A DNA stretch of 64,000 bases from a bacterium (GTDB lineage: Bacteria; UBA8248): contig OZ242260.1 in the NCBI GenBank assembly GCA_965207065.1, forward strand, positions 4,256,001 through 4,320,000, written 5' to 3'. This document shows, piece after piece, positions 50,765 through 61,731 of the stretch (within the stretch, counting starts at the first letter, position 1; each line of letters begins with the position of its first letter). A model generated the notes under the pieces. The model was not told the origin of the DNA. It made no database searches and saw only the letters and a list, made by a program, of their open reading frames with translations. Position numbers and translations under genes: made by a program.

Positions 50765-52107
50765 CTCATGGCGAAAAAGCCGTCCAGCCCATCTCCCGGC
50801 GTTATACGAAGCGCCCCGTCCGGCTCAAGATACCTTTTCGCGCCTTCGGGAAGGGCGCCTCCACCGCGTATGGGGACGAAGCCGGGCTCTCGAAATGAAG
50901 CCGCCACCTCCCCTGTTTCCTCGGGCTCGTTCGTACAAACCGAATACACCAGTCTGCCGCCCCGGCGCACCGCGCGAGCCGCGCCTTGTAGAATCGCCGT
51001 CTGCCGACGCGCCTGCACGCCCAAGTCTTCCTCTCTCAATCGCCACCTCGCATCGGGATGCCGCCTGAAAACCCCCAGTCCGCTGCACGGCGCGTCCACG
51101 AGAACGAGGTCGAATTTTTCATGAAAGGGCGGCCTCATCGCATCCATTCTTAACAGCCGCGCATCCGCCCGAATCCTAACACAATTACGCTCGAGAAGAG
51201 CGAGCCGGCGAGGCGACCTCTCCCCCGCAACGACGTTGCCGCCCTCTCCCGCCGCCCAGGCGAGACAAGCCGTTTTCCCGCCGGGGGCCGCGCAGGCATC
51301 GAGAACTCTCTCACCGGGGGCTGCGCCTGCGAAACGCGAAACCAGGCTCGAACTCTCATCCATGACGATGAACCTGCCCTCGCGCCAGGCCGCCGTATCG
51401 CTGAAGCGCGCACCCGGCGCGCTCTCATCCGGCAGAAATACCAGACAATCCGGGTCTACGCATCCGGAACGCGTGGAAACTCCTTCGCTTTTTAATTCGG
51501 CCATCAGACTCCGGGCGTTCGACGCCCGGGGATTCACGCGAAAGACGACCGGAGCCTCCTCGTTGTTCGCACGGCATCTTCTCAGCGCCTCCTCTTCCCC
51601 AAGGTCACTTATCCAGCGTCTCACCAGCCATCTCGGATGGGATTCCCATATGGTGAGATAATCTTCGCGGCCTTCGGGCGGAGATACTACGACCCCGGCC
51701 ACCTTGCGCAACACCGCGTTCACCAGTCCCCTCGCCCAGCCCAGATTCGGGCGATCCAGCAAGGAAACCGCGCCGTCCACCGCGCTGTGCGCGGGCACGC
51801 GATCCATGAACAGCAGCTGATACGTCCCCAAACGCAACGCTTCGCGCACGGGAGGGGCCACGTTCGGCTTGTTCAGAAAGCGGCCGAAAACGAAATCCAG
51901 GCGACTCCGCCACCGCAGGACGCCATAGACCAACTCGCGCAGAAACGCGCGGTCGCGCGCGTCGAAATCCTTTGAGGAGAAGCGCTCGACCAGCAGGTCC
52001 GCCGCGAGGGGGGTTTTCCCGAAAGAAAGAAGAGCGGCGTGCGCCGCCCGGCGGACGAGGTCGGCGGAGCGCGCGCTTTTCCCGCCCACCGCGAGGTTCC
52101 GGCTCAC
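50737..52107 (-). CDS. rsmB: 16S rRNA m5C967 methyltransferase RsmB/Sun
   Basis: NusB-like N-terminus; DACAAPGGKT, DAPCSGLG, YSVCT. Confidence 0.93.
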   Translation of the reverse strand: MSRNLAVGGKSARSADLVRRAAHAALLSFGKTPLAADLLVERFSSKDFDARDRAFLRELVYGVLRWRSRLDFVFGRFLNKPNVAPPVREALRLGTYQLLFMDRVPAHSAVDGAVSLLDRPNLGWARGLVNAVLRKVAGVVVSPPEGREDYLTIWESHPRWLVRRWISDLGEEEALRRCRANNEEAPVVFRVNPRASNARSLMAELKSEGVSTRSGCVDPDCLVFLPDESAPGARFSDTAAWREGRFIVMDESSSLVSRFAGAAPGERVLDACAAPGGKTACLAWAAGEGGNVVAGERSPRRLALLERNCVRIRADARLLRMDAMRPPFHEKFDLVLVDAPCSGLGVFRRHPDARWRLREEDLGVQARRQTAILQGAARAVRRGGRLVYSVCTNEPEETGEVAASFREPGFVPIRGGGALPEGAKRYLEPDGALRITPGDGLDGFFAMSWRKEGGNC

Positions 52108-53051
52108 GCGCCCTCTCCGAGCATGAGGCCGGGCTTGCAGGGATATCCCCTCGCGAATGCGCCCGCGTCCATCTTCTTCCTGCCCGGCGGCTGAATTTCG
52201 AGAATCACCAAATTCCCCTCTCCCGTAGCCACGCGGATTCCCTCGCCCTCGGGCGATTCGGCCAGCCCCATGACCTCACCGGCGGCTCCGCCCGACCCTT
52301 CCGGAACCGGCCAGGCCCGCCATATCCGCACCGGGCCGCTCGGTATGTCCGGCCATGCAGTAACCGCCACAGGCCAGGGGTTGAGCCCCCGGATCTGCCT
52401 GTCGAGGCGGCTCGCGGGCAAGCGCCAGTCGAGTTTCGCTTCTTCTTTCTGGAGTTTTTCCGCATAGGTAACTTTGGCTTCATCCTGCGGCTCCTCTGCG
52501 ACCTCGCCGTTTTCGAGTGCGAGCAGCGTCGCCACCATCTGCCCGGCGCCCAAGGCGGCCAGCTTGTCGTGCAGCGCACCGGAGGTATCCCTCGCCTCGA
52601 TGGGCAGCGAGCGGCGCGCGAGCACGGCGCCGGCGTCGAGTTCGGGCGCGACCCGCATCACACAGACCCCGGTTTCGGCATCACCTTCCAGAAGAGCGCG
52701 CTGAATGGGCGCGGCTCCCCGCCAGCGCGGAAGAAGCGAAGGGTGTAAGTTCAACAGCCCCAGCCTGGGAACGCCGAGCAGTTTCCTGCTCAGAATCTGC
52801 CCGTAGGCCGCCACGACGCCCACATCGGGCCGGAATTCCGCTATGTCGGTCGAGCGGATTCGCTCGGGCTGCAGGACGGGCAGCCCCGCCTCGAGCGCAC
52901 ACGCCTTGACGGGCGGCGGCGTGAGCCTGCGGCCCCTGCCCGCGGGCCTGTCCGGCTGGGTGAAGACGGCCGCCACCTCGACCGACGAATCTACCAACGC
53001 CTGAAGCGTAGGCACGGCGAATTCGGATGTGCCGAAAAAGACCGTCCGCAT
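52104..53051 (-). CDS. fmt: Methionyl-tRNA formyltransferase
   Basis: FFGTSEFA, TQPDRPAGRG, HPSLLPRWRGAAPI. Confidence 0.97.
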   Translation of the reverse strand: MRTVFFGTSEFAVPTLQALVDSSVEVAAVFTQPDRPAGRGRRLTPPPVKACALEAGLPVLQPERIRSTDIAEFRPDVGVVAAYGQILSRKLLGVPRLGLLNLHPSLLPRWRGAAPIQRALLEGDAETGVCVMRVAPELDAGAVLARRSLPIEARDTSGALHDKLAALGAGQMVATLLALENGEVAEEPQDEAKVTYAEKLQKEEAKLDWRLPASRLDRQIRGLNPWPVAVTAWPDIPSGPVRIWRAWPVPEGSGGAAGEVMGLAESPEGEGIRVATGEGNLVILEIQPPGRKKMDAGAFARGYPCKPGLMLGEGA

Positions 53052-53137
53052 GGATTCCTCCCGGGAAAAGCCGCGGCATCCGCCGAACCACGCGCGGATA
53101 AATTTTCGGAAATATAGCACGAGCGAAGCGGGGTTTT

Positions 53138-53647
53138 CTAAGAGGCGGCCCTGGCCTGTTTCTTGAGGCGGCGCTTCACAAGGTCGCGCTTCGTCTTGTT
53201 GAGGCGATCCAGGATGAGTTTTCCGTCCAGATGATCGATTTCATGCTGCAAGACGAAGGCGAGCACCTCGCGCGCGTCGAGAATTACTTCCTCACCCTCC
53301 AGGTTCAGCGCACGCACGCGCACCGTCTCGCGGCGGCGGATGTTCTCGGTGACCCCCGGAAGCGAGAGGCAGCCCTCCTCCACGATTCGCTCGCCTTCGG
53401 CGCTTTCGATTTCCGGATTGACGAGAAAATGGACCTGTTTGGGGTCTTTCCCGACCGAGACGTCCACCACGATGAGGCGGATGTTCTCGCCCACCTGGGG
53501 GGCGGCGAGGCCGACGCCGGGCGCATCGTGCATGGTGTCGAGCATCGCGCGCGCGAGTTCCCGGGTCCGCTCCGTGACGCGCTCGACGGGCAGGCATTTC
53601 CGGCGCAGGGCCGGGGCCGGATACGTGAGAATTTCCAGAACGGCCAT
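53138..53647 (-). CDS. def: Peptide deformylase
   Basis: GVGLAAPQVG, EGCLS, QHEIDHLDG. Confidence 0.97.
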   Translation of the reverse strand: MAVLEILTYPAPALRRKCLPVERVTERTRELARAMLDTMHDAPGVGLAAPQVGENIRLIVVDVSVGKDPKQVHFLVNPEIESAEGERIVEEGCLSLPGVTENIRRRETVRVRALNLEGEEVILDAREVLAFVLQHEIDHLDGKLILDRLNKTKRDLVKRRLKKQARAAS

Positions 53648-54339
53648 GAGAGATTCCCCGGTGAAATGGAGGCGCAATCGGCTCACCCGCCGAGCGGGTT
53701 TTCCATCATGTAACCCATCCGAAGCGGGGAATCAAATTCGCGGGTCCATCTCGAACAGGGAGAGAGACCCCCTGGTTGAACGGGAAGGGATTCCCCCTGG
53801 CGGTGGAAGAGCATAACGAGAGAAAAATGAGGGATTACGCATACGCGGAAGCCCCAAAAAGCCGTGGGGATTTGTTACCGGGCGCGCGGCCTCCCACTTC
53901 TAAAGGCTCACTCTTTCTTCCCTTTCCGGAGCGGCGCGCATTTTCGCGCATTTGCCGTCATCGCGTTTTCCCCGATATGCGGCAGAATCCCCCTGCGAGG
54001 AGGGCGATCTCGTGCGTTCAAACCGTGGGGTGAAAAGACTATGTGGACAGAGGCGTCGAAACGATGGAACATCCCGGGCGCGTTCCGGTCTCGGGGTGTT
54101 GAGAATCAGGAATGCGCTGCCCCGAACCGAAAACGCCGCGCCATACCCAATACCGCCGCAGGCGCCTGCGCCATCATCATCCCACGAGCGAACGATTACG
54201 AACGTCTTGGGTGCGGAGCGAAAATGCCCGCCTCTAATTTCCGAAAAATTCGATAAATTCAGATAAATTCACGAAGTTTTCCGGTAAATAACTGAAAATT
54301 TATCTTGTTGTATTATCTATGGTTACGGCGTTACCGCCC

Positions 54340-55434
54340 CTATTTCGGCGTCGCCGCCTGGGGCGCTTCTTTTTCCTTCGCAACCGCTTTCGGCGCACCG
54401 ATTCCGACGGCGGCACGCACCTGACCGTCGATTTCCGCAAAAATATCCGCGTTCTCGCTCAAGAATCGCTTCACGTTCTCACGCCCCTGGCCGATGCGCT
54501 CCTCGCCGTATGAGTACCACGCCCCCGTCTTGGCGACGATGCCTTGTTCGACGGCCAGATCGAGCACGTCGCCTTCTCGCGAAACGCCGCGACCGAACAT
54601 GATGTCGAACTCAGCCGTACGGAACGGCGCTGCGAGCTTGTTCTTCACCACGCGCACCCGCGTCCTGTTCCCCACGTTATTCTCGCCCTCCTTGATCGCG
54701 GCGATGCGCCGGATGTCCAGGCGCACGGAGGAGTAGAATTTGAGCGCGTTCCCGCCCGAAGTGGTTTCCGGGTTGCCGAACATCACGCCGATCTTCATGC
54801 GGATCTGATTGATGAAGATGAAGCACGTGTTGCTGCGGTGCACCACACCCGTGAGCTTGCGGAGCGCCTGGCTCATGAGCCGCGCCTGGAGGCCGACGTG
54901 GTGATCCCCCATGTCGCCTTCGAGTTCCGCCTTGGGCACCAGGGCGGCCACGGAGTCAATGACGACCACGTCGAGCGAGCCGCTGCTCGTCAGAATCTCG
55001 GCTATCTCCAGAGCCTGCTCGCCCGTATCGGGCTGGGAGACGATGAGGTTGTCCGTCTGCACCCCGAGCGCCTTGGCGTAGGTCGGGTCCAGAGCGTGCT
55101 CCGCATCCACGAAGGCAGCCATGCCGCCACCCCGCTGCACCTCCGCGATGATTTGCAGCGCAATGGTCGTCTTGCCCGAGGATTCGGGGCCGAATATCTC
55201 CACGATGCGTCCGCGCGGCACACCGCCGCAGCCCAGGGCGGCGTCGAGCGATACCGAACCCGTAGAAATGGCCGGAATCGCCTCCATGCCGGGCCCTTCG
55301 CCCAGGCGCATGATGGAGCCTTTACCGAATTGGCGGTTGATCTGATTGAAAGCCATGTCCAGCGCCTTCTCGCGGCGCTCATGCCCTTTCGGGTTCTCGG
55401 ATTTCTCGGAGGGGGACCCGTTCTTGAGGTTCAT
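54340..55434 (-). CDS. recA: Recombinase RecA
   Basis: [33 protein letters not shown]. Confidence 0.99.
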   Translation of the reverse strand: MNLKNGSPSEKSENPKGHERREKALDMAFNQINRQFGKGSIMRLGEGPGMEAIPAISTGSVSLDAALGCGGVPRGRIVEIFGPESSGKTTIALQIIAEVQRGGGMAAFVDAEHALDPTYAKALGVQTDNLIVSQPDTGEQALEIAEILTSSGSLDVVVIDSVAALVPKAELEGDMGDHHVGLQARLMSQALRKLTGVVHRSNTCFIFINQIRMKIGVMFGNPETTSGGNALKFYSSVRLDIRRIAAIKEGENNVGNRTRVRVVKNKLAAPFRTAEFDIMFGRGVSREGDVLDLAVEQGIVAKTGAWYSYGEERIGQGRENVKRFLSENADIFAEIDGQVRAAVGIGAPKAVAKEKEAPQAATPK

Positions 55435-55877
55435 CGGAAAACTCCCTTGGATGGAGGAATGCGCACCGGTTCGGGCGATGGCGGACATAGAATGAATGTA
55501 GGGGATCGATCCATTTTCTGCAATACAGCAGACACCACTGCTTCCAGACGTGCTTTTGTGGAGAAAACCCCATTCCCTTGTCTATCCATGGTTCCCAACT
55601 ACGGCGGCGGTTTACTTTCGCTAAACATACGTAAAATGGTTCCGCAAATCAAGTATAAAAAGCGAAAATATTGACAAAACAAGCTGTTTCTTCCCATATG
55701 GGTGGGCGATAGTGGGTAGTTTATGAGTGAATGGCGCTTCTTCAGGAGATTTCACACATCGCCGGTGTCACCTCCCCTCCCATGAAAATAGAGGGTTTCC
55801 ACACTAGCTGACGAAATTTCAGAGTCCTGATCTCAGGGTGAATGTCAGACGTAGCGAAGCGGATGTCTGCCCGTCGC

Positions 55878-56453
55878 CTAGTGAAAAGTCACTTTTTCAA
55901 GGGCTGTGTGAATGGCGCCGGAGGGATTGAGTTCGCTTCTGAACAAGACCGCCTCGTGCGCTCGGCAGATGAGAGGAGGCGTCAACCATCGCTGTTCAGC
56001 AATTTCAAGCTCTCCCTCGAGTCCTGCAGGTGGTCGGTCGCGGGACCGGCGACGCGCAATCGTTACATGCGGGTGAAAAATTCCTTGGCCAGGGGGAAAC
56101 CCCCCTTCAGCCAGATAGCGGGAAAGATTCGCTTCCAGTTCCACCAGAGGTTCAGGCGTTTCCGAGGGCCCTGCCCAGAGCACGCCCGGACGCTTGAGTT
56201 GCGGAAAAACGCCAAAGCGATCGATCGAAATTTCGAAAGCAGGCGCGCCTTCGCCCGCAGTGCGCAACGCCTTTGCGGCGGCCTCGGCCTGCGTATCCTC
56301 GATGTCACCCAAAAAGCGCAGGGTGAGGTGAATGTTCCGGGGCCTCATCCAGCGGAAATCATCAAGAGCCGGCAAGGTGGCAAGTGATTCCTGCAGCAAC
56401 TCCAGCTTTTTTTGCTCATCCGCGCTGAATGGAATCGCTACAAACGCGCGCAT
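55878..56453 (-). CDS. thpR: RNA 2',3'-cyclic phosphodiesterase
   Basis: Two HxT motifs (HLTLRFLG, PHVTIAR). Confidence 0.92.
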   Translation of the reverse strand: MRAFVAIPFSADEQKKLELLQESLATLPALDDFRWMRPRNIHLTLRFLGDIEDTQAEAAAKALRTAGEGAPAFEISIDRFGVFPQLKRPGVLWAGPSETPEPLVELEANLSRYLAEGGFPPGQGIFHPHVTIARRRSRDRPPAGLEGELEIAEQRWLTPPLICRAHEAVLFRSELNPSGAIHTALEKVTFH

Positions 56454-56546
56454 GGAGAACCTCCTTCCACAGGATCACTCACATCTACAGGGGCACGAGA
56501 ACACCCGCTTTACACAAGTAATGAGCCCTATCGCGCATCGTTTTCT

Positions 56547-57038
56547 TCAGTCCGATGCTTCCAGGGTATCGCGCGCCATCTCGAGCGCGGTTTGCGCCGT
56601 CTTGGCCTTCACCTCCAGACGGGAGCCATCGAACAGATGATGACGACAATTGGTGCCGGAAGGCGTCGCGACGGCCATATACACCGTGCCCACAGGCTTC
56701 TCGGCGCTTCCGCCCGTGGGACCGGCAATCCCCGTGACAGAGAGGCCTACATCGCTCCCCGTAGCCGCGCGCACGCCTTCCGCCATCGCGCGCGCGCAGG
56801 CTTCGCTCACCGCTCCCGGCCCGCCCTCGGTCGCCACGATGTCTTTCGATACGCCCAGAAGCGACATTTTCGCTTCGTTGCTGTAGGTGACAAATCCCTG
56901 CTCGAAATAAGCGGAACTGCCGGAAACATCCGTAATGCGGCTGGCGATAAGGCCGCCGGTGCAGCTCTCCGCAGTGGCGATGCGCCAACTCCTGTCACTT
57001 AGGTACGCCCCAAGCCATTCCTCCACAGATCCCGCCAT
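56547..57038 (-). CDS. CinA C-terminal / PncC-family NMN deamidase
   Basis: TAESCTGG, GSS.YF, GAVSE, TGIAGPTGG..KPVG. Confidence 0.92.
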   Translation of the reverse strand: MAGSVEEWLGAYLSDRSWRIATAESCTGGLIASRITDVSGSSAYFEQGFVTYSNEAKMSLLGVSKDIVATEGGPGAVSEACARAMAEGVRAATGSDVGLSVTGIAGPTGGSAEKPVGTVYMAVATPSGTNCRHHLFDGSRLEVKAKTAQTALEMARDTLEASD

Positions 57039-57058
57039 TTCCCTCCGCTCCCTAAAAA

Positions 57059-57529
57059 TCAGACCACCCCGATGTATGACAAACCATACAAGACTGCCCA
57101 GCCGAAAATTCCCGCGGCGACGTCGTCCGCCACGATGCCCACGCCGCCCGGAAAGTCTTCAAGACGTCGAACCGGCGGCAGCTTGATAATGTCAAAAATA
57201 CGAAAAAGGAAAAAGCCCGCTACCAGAGCGCTCGGGCTCGGCTCGACACCGATGAAGCAAATGAATTGACCCACCCATTCATCCACAACGATCTCCGGGG
57301 GATCTTGCCGGTTCATGCTTGCTTCAAATTTACCGGACCCCCAAACGGCGATGGGTGTCAGGAAGAACAAAAACAAGAGAGGAACATAGGGACTGATCTG
57401 ATAGAGCAGAAAATACGCCAGAACGGCGACGAGAGAAGCGACCGTGCCCGGGGCCACAGGAACCAGCCCGAGGCCGCCCAACGTGGCGACAAGCCGGGGC
57501 AAGGCCTTGCTCTCGTCTTGACGGCTCAT
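57059..57529 (-). CDS. pgpA: Phosphatidylglycerophosphatase A
   Basis: APGT, VVDEWVG, FRIFDIIK, GIVADD. Confidence 0.92.
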   Translation of the reverse strand: MSRQDESKALPRLVATLGGLGLVPVAPGTVASLVAVLAYFLLYQISPYVPLLFLFFLTPIAVWGSGKFEASMNRQDPPEIVVDEWVGQFICFIGVEPSPSALVAGFFLFRIFDIIKLPPVRRLEDFPGGVGIVADDVAAGIFGWAVLYGLSYIGVV

Positions 57530-57534
57530 TGGTT

Positions 57535-58704
57535 TTATTGGCTTGTGACGGTTCCGTTCAGCCGGGAGGAGGCGTACTCCCTCGCCCAGCGGTCCGCCTC
57601 CAGAATCGTCTCCAGATCATTCGCACTCATCTTCTCGTGAGCCTGCAATGCGGCTCCTACCACATCCGGTATATCCATGAATTTCGATGCGCCCGACAGG
57701 AACGAAGCGACGGCAATCTCGTTCGCAGCATTGAGGACGGCGGGGGCCGTCCCACCTTCGCTCATCGCGTCTTTCGCATGAGTGAGGCAGGGAAATCGCT
57801 CAGGATCCGGTGCTTCAAATGTCAGGGAACCAATCTGCCCCAAATCGAGTCTCGGTGCCTCGATGGGCAACCTCTCCGGAGAAAAAATAGCCTGCGCGAT
57901 GGGAATCCGCATGTCGGGCATACTCATTTGCGCCACATAGCTCCCGTCGACGAATTCCACCATGGCGTGCACGATGCTTTGCGGGTGAACCAGCACGTCC
58001 ACCTGTTCTGGCTTCAGACCGAAAAGCCAGCGCGCCTCGATGATTTCAAGACCCTTGTTCATCATGGACGCGGAATCGATCGTAATCTTGGGCCCCATCT
58101 TCCAGTTCGGATGATTCAACGCTTCTTCCAGGCACACTTTCTTCATCGCCTCGACCGAATGGTTCCGAAAAGGTCCGCCCGACGCCGTAAGCACGATACG
58201 CTCCACCTGGGACTTCGGCCTATCCGCCAGCGCCTGCGCCACGCCCGCATGCTCGCTATCGACCGGGAGCAACTCGACTTCTCCAGCCGAAACGCGCGAC
58301 GTCACAAGCTCGCCGGCCATGACAAGCACTTCTTTGTTCGCAAGCGCAATCGAGGCCCCAACGTCAATGGCGGCCAGCGTCGGCGGGAGTCCCGCCGCAC
58401 CCACCAAGGCGGAGACCACAAGGCCCGCTCCCGCGCCAGCAGCTACCTCCCTCAAACCCTCCTCCCCCGAAAGCACCTTGACTTCGGTAGAGAGCGCATC
58501 CTCAACACGCGCCGCGTCCGCATCATCGGCTACGGATACAATTTCAGGTCGAAACCGCCTCGCCTGCTCAACGAGCCGCTCCCAGTTTCTACCCGCAGCA
58601 AGCGCCACCACATCGATTTTCTCGGGAAATTGCGCCACAACATCAAGAGTGTTTTCCCCGATGCTGCCGGTAGAGCCCAATATGGCAACTTTTTGCGGCT
58701 TCAT
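57535..58704 (-). CDS. dxr: 1-deoxy-D-xylulose 5-phosphate reductoisomerase
   Basis: GSTGSIG, LANKE, PVDSEH, HPNWKMGPKITIDSA. Confidence 0.97.
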   Translation of the reverse strand: MKPQKVAILGSTGSIGENTLDVVAQFPEKIDVVALAAGRNWERLVEQARRFRPEIVSVADDADAARVEDALSTEVKVLSGEEGLREVAAGAGAGLVVSALVGAAGLPPTLAAIDVGASIALANKEVLVMAGELVTSRVSAGEVELLPVDSEHAGVAQALADRPKSQVERIVLTASGGPFRNHSVEAMKKVCLEEALNHPNWKMGPKITIDSASMMNKGLEIIEARWLFGLKPEQVDVLVHPQSIVHAMVEFVDGSYVAQMSMPDMRIPIAQAIFSPERLPIEAPRLDLGQIGSLTFEAPDPERFPCLTHAKDAMSEGGTAPAVLNAANEIAVASFLSGASKFMDIPDVVGAALQAHEKMSANDLETILEADRWAREYASSRLNGTVTSQ

Positions 58705-58732
58705 TGACGGCTCTCTCCCGATGCGCGGTGAC

Positions 58733-59524
58733 TTAATACCGTATCCAGTACAAGTAACAGTAAAACGCAGGACCCGCCATGAGCAAACCATCAATTCTAT
58801 CGAGCAGACCCCCATGACCCGGGATGATGTCGGACGCGTCCTTTTCCCCGGCCGCGCGCTTTAAGATCGATTCACCCAAGTCCCCTATAAGCGCGAACAG
58901 CCCGATACCACCCGAAACAGGAATCGCGAGCCAGGGGTCGACACCGGGCACATCCATATAGTACGTCGTGAGGATGCCCACGAGGACCCCGGCGAGGATT
59001 CCCCCGATCGCGCCTTCCAAGGTTTTACCGGGGCTGATTCTCGGCGCGATTTTTCTTTTCCCCAACGTCTTGCCTGTGAACATAGCCGCGATATCGTTCG
59101 CCCAGACGATGACGAACAAAAAGAAGATGGCCTCCATACCTCCTGGAATGGTCCTGATAAGTGCAATCAAACCACCTGCTCCGCCCACCCAAATCACGCC
59201 CAGAAATGACATGCCCGTCAAGGAAAGGCTTTCTCGAAAGGCCTGGTACGAAAACGCTTTCAGGAAGACACGAAGCAGAATGACCGCCAGGACCAACGGC
59301 GGCAATACGCCACCCACCCACACGGCGAGCACGAATGCACAGGCATCCAGGGCTCCTTCCCATGCTCTCACGCGCCACCCGCAATGGTTGACAAGGGTCT
59401 GGAATTCCCAGCCTGCGCGATAAACGAGCAGAAGCACCACACAGAGAAAAATAGTCGAGGAGGAAAAAAACAAGACGGCGAGAATGGGCGCCGCTAGCAC
59501 CAAGGCGCTTATGAGGCGGGTCAA
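58733..59524 (-). CDS. cdsA: Phosphatidate cytidylyltransferase
   Basis: SPGKTLEG, GDLGES..KR, PGHGGLLDRID. Confidence 0.95.
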   Translation of the reverse strand: MTRLISALVLAAPILAVLFFSSSTIFLCVVLLLVYRAGWEFQTLVNHCGWRVRAWEGALDACAFVLAVWVGGVLPPLVLAVILLRVFLKAFSYQAFRESLSLTGMSFLGVIWVGGAGGLIALIRTIPGGMEAIFFLFVIVWANDIAAMFTGKTLGKRKIAPRISPGKTLEGAIGGILAGVLVGILTTYYMDVPGVDPWLAIPVSGGIGLFALIGDLGESILKRAAGEKDASDIIPGHGGLLDRIDGLLMAGPAFYCYLYWIRY

Positions 59525-59527
59525 AAC

Positions 59528-60286
59528 CTAGTTTCTCCGAGTCGTGAACTGCTCCTCGGTGAGACCAAATTTCCGCACCCGGGATTGATAAGCGAGTATG
59601 GCGTCTTCGAGCTCGCGTTCTGCGAATTCCGGCCACTTGATATCTGTAAAATACAATTCAGCATACGCCGCCTGCCAGAGAAGATAGTTGGAAAGCCTCA
59701 GTTCGCCGCTGGTTCGAATCAAAAGGTCGAGTTTGGGCAAATCCGCCGTATACAGATGGCGCTCGATGTCACTCTCATCGATTTCCTCGGGCTGAAGAAT
59801 TCCCTTTTGCACTTCTTTGGAGATGGCCCTCGCCGCGTCTGTAATTTCCCGCCTCGCGCCGTAGCTGAGCGCCAGAGTAAGAACCATCCCGTCCCGGTCT
59901 GCAGTCTGCTCCTTCACACGCTGCACAATTTCCTGCGCAAACAAGGGCAAATCCTCTTCGTGCCCGATCGTGTTGAAACGGATACCCTCCCTGAGCATCC
60001 TTTGAAGCTCGCGTTCGAGGTAATCCGCCAGAATATCCATGAGCGCGTCGACTTCGTCTTTGGGTCTGTTCCAGTTCTCCAGAGAGAAGCTGTACAGAGT
60101 AAGGGCCTTGATGCCGATTCGGCGCGCATGCGCCACCACTTTGTCGACCGACTTCACGCCCTCACGGTGGCCAGCGACCCGAGGAAGAAACCGTTTCTGG
60201 GCCCAACGGCCGTTGCCATCCATGATAATGCCGATATGGTGGGGGAGCCGCTCAAGATCGATGCGTGGGTCGATGCGAGATTCCAT
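59528..60286 (-). CDS. uppS: Undecaprenyl diphosphate synthase
   Basis: IMDGNGRWA, FSLENWNRP, RTSGELRLSNYLLWQ. Confidence 0.97.
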   Translation of the reverse strand: MESRIDPRIDLERLPHHIGIIMDGNGRWAQKRFLPRVAGHREGVKSVDKVVAHARRIGIKALTLYSFSLENWNRPKDEVDALMDILADYLERELQRMLREGIRFNTIGHEEDLPLFAQEIVQRVKEQTADRDGMVLTLALSYGARREITDAARAISKEVQKGILQPEEIDESDIERHLYTADLPKLDLLIRTSGELRLSNYLLWQAAYAELYFTDIKWPEFAERELEDAILAYQSRVRKFGLTEEQFTTRRN

Positions 60287-60304
60287 ACGCGCTCCGTTGA
60301 AAAA

Positions 60305-60859
60305 CTAGACCTCCAGAATCTCTTTCTCTTTGGCTGAAAGCAAATCATCCAAATCTGAGACGAACTGATCCGTCAGCTTCTGGACATCTCCCTGTCCTTT
60401 CCTGAGGTCATCCTCGGTGATCTCTTTGCTTTTCTCGAGGTTTTTCATTTCATCGTTGCCATCGCGTCGAATGTTGCGAAGCGCGACCTTGTGTTCTTCG
60501 GTCATCTTCTTGAGCAGTTTCACCATCTCGTTGCGGCGTTCCTCTGTGAGCGCCGGCACCGGCACGCGGATGATCTTGCCGTCGTTCGACGGATTCAGGC
60601 CCAACTCCGCCGATTGAATCGCCTTTTCGATTTCGCCCAACGAGTTGATGTCGAAAGGCTGAACGATGATGAGTTGAGGTTCGGGAACGTTCAGGGTGGC
60701 GAGCTGATTCAGCGGCGTGGGTGCTCCATAGTAGTCGACCATCACGCCACTGATAAGATTCGTGGAAGCGCGCCCGGTTCGCACGCGGGCGATTTCGGAC
60801 TTGTATGATTCCACTGTGGCCAGCATTCTTTTCCTTAACGCAGCAAGAACCTCATCCAT
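60305..60859 (-). CDS. frr: Ribosome recycling factor
   Basis: RTGRA, YYG..TPLNQLA, LTEERR. Confidence 0.97.
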   Translation of the reverse strand: MDEVLAALRKRMLATVESYKSEIARVRTGRASTNLISGVMVDYYGAPTPLNQLATLNVPEPQLIIVQPFDINSLGEIEKAIQSAELGLNPSNDGKIIRVPVPALTEERRNEMVKLLKKMTEEHKVALRNIRRDGNDEMKNLEKSKEITEDDLRKGQGDVQKLTDQFVSDLDDLLSAKEKEILEV

Positions 60860-60941
60860 CGATCGTTTCCCCCTGTCGGATCATCTGCTCCCCCCGCCCA
60901 TGCCCTCACGCCGAATCCGGGCAAGCGCGACAAGCGCTGCA

Positions 60942-61676
60942 TCAGCCCTCGGCCGCTTTCACCAAAGTCCCTACCTTCTCACCTTCCACCACGCGGCGGA
61001 TGTTGCCGGGCTTGAGCAGGTTAAAGACAATAATGGGTAAATTATTATCCATGCACAAGCTGACAGCGGTGGTATCCATGACTGCGAGTTGACGATTGAG
61101 TACCTCGATATACGTCAACTGATCGATGAACTCGGCTGTAACGTCCTGATTTGGATCGGCGGAGAAAACGCCATCCACGTTCGTGGCTTTGAGTATGCAC
61201 TCGGCGCCTACCTCTATGGCCCTGAGGCTCGCAGTGGTATCCGTTGTGAAGTAGGGATTTCCTGTGCCGCCTGCGAAGATGACGACCCGGCTTTTTTCCA
61301 TGTGGCGTATTGCGCGCCTTCTGATATAGGGCTCGCATAATTCGGCCATGTGGATAGCGCTCTGGACGCGTGTGGCGAGGCCCGCCTTTTCGAGGGCATG
61401 CTGAAGCGCCAAAGCGTTGATGACCGTGCCGAGCATGCCCATGTAGTCGGCGTTGGTGCGCTCCATTCCGGCCTTGGCGGCGGCGGCACCCCGGAAAATG
61501 TTCCCGCCACCCACGACGATGGTGACTTCGACTCCCAACTGGTGGATTTCTTTGATTTCCTGCGCTATGTCGTCAACGACGTTATGGTCGATCCCGTACT
61601 TGAGATCTCCTCCCAAGGCTTCTCCCGAGAGTTTGAGCAGGATCCTCTTGAATCGCAAATCGCCGCGCATGGACAT
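60942..61676 (-). CDS. pyrH: UMP kinase
   Basis: [24 protein letters not shown]. Confidence 0.97.
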   Translation of the reverse strand: MSMRGDLRFKRILLKLSGEALGGDLKYGIDHNVVDDIAQEIKEIHQLGVEVTIVVGGGNIFRGAAAAKAGMERTNADYMGMLGTVINALALQHALEKAGLATRVQSAIHMAELCEPYIRRRAIRHMEKSRVVIFAGGTGNPYFTTDTTASLRAIEVGAECILKATNVDGVFSADPNQDVTAEFIDQLTYIEVLNRQLAVMDTTAVSLCMDNNLPIIVFNLLKPGNIRRVVEGEKVGTLVKAAEG

Positions 61677-61731
61677 CCCCAAATTTTCAAGCCAATGACA
61701 ACGGGCGGTGCGAATGATGCGTCAGCAGGGC

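Noticed and set aside
55490-55670. LexA/SOS box upstream of recA
   Set aside because: No convincing match seen to the CTG-N10-CAG, GAAC-N4-GTTC or GTTC-N7-GTTC forms; a lineage-specific box cannot be excluded
55700-55720. MraZ-type GTGGG repeats
   Set aside because: Only two copies and no mraZ/dcw genes adjacent
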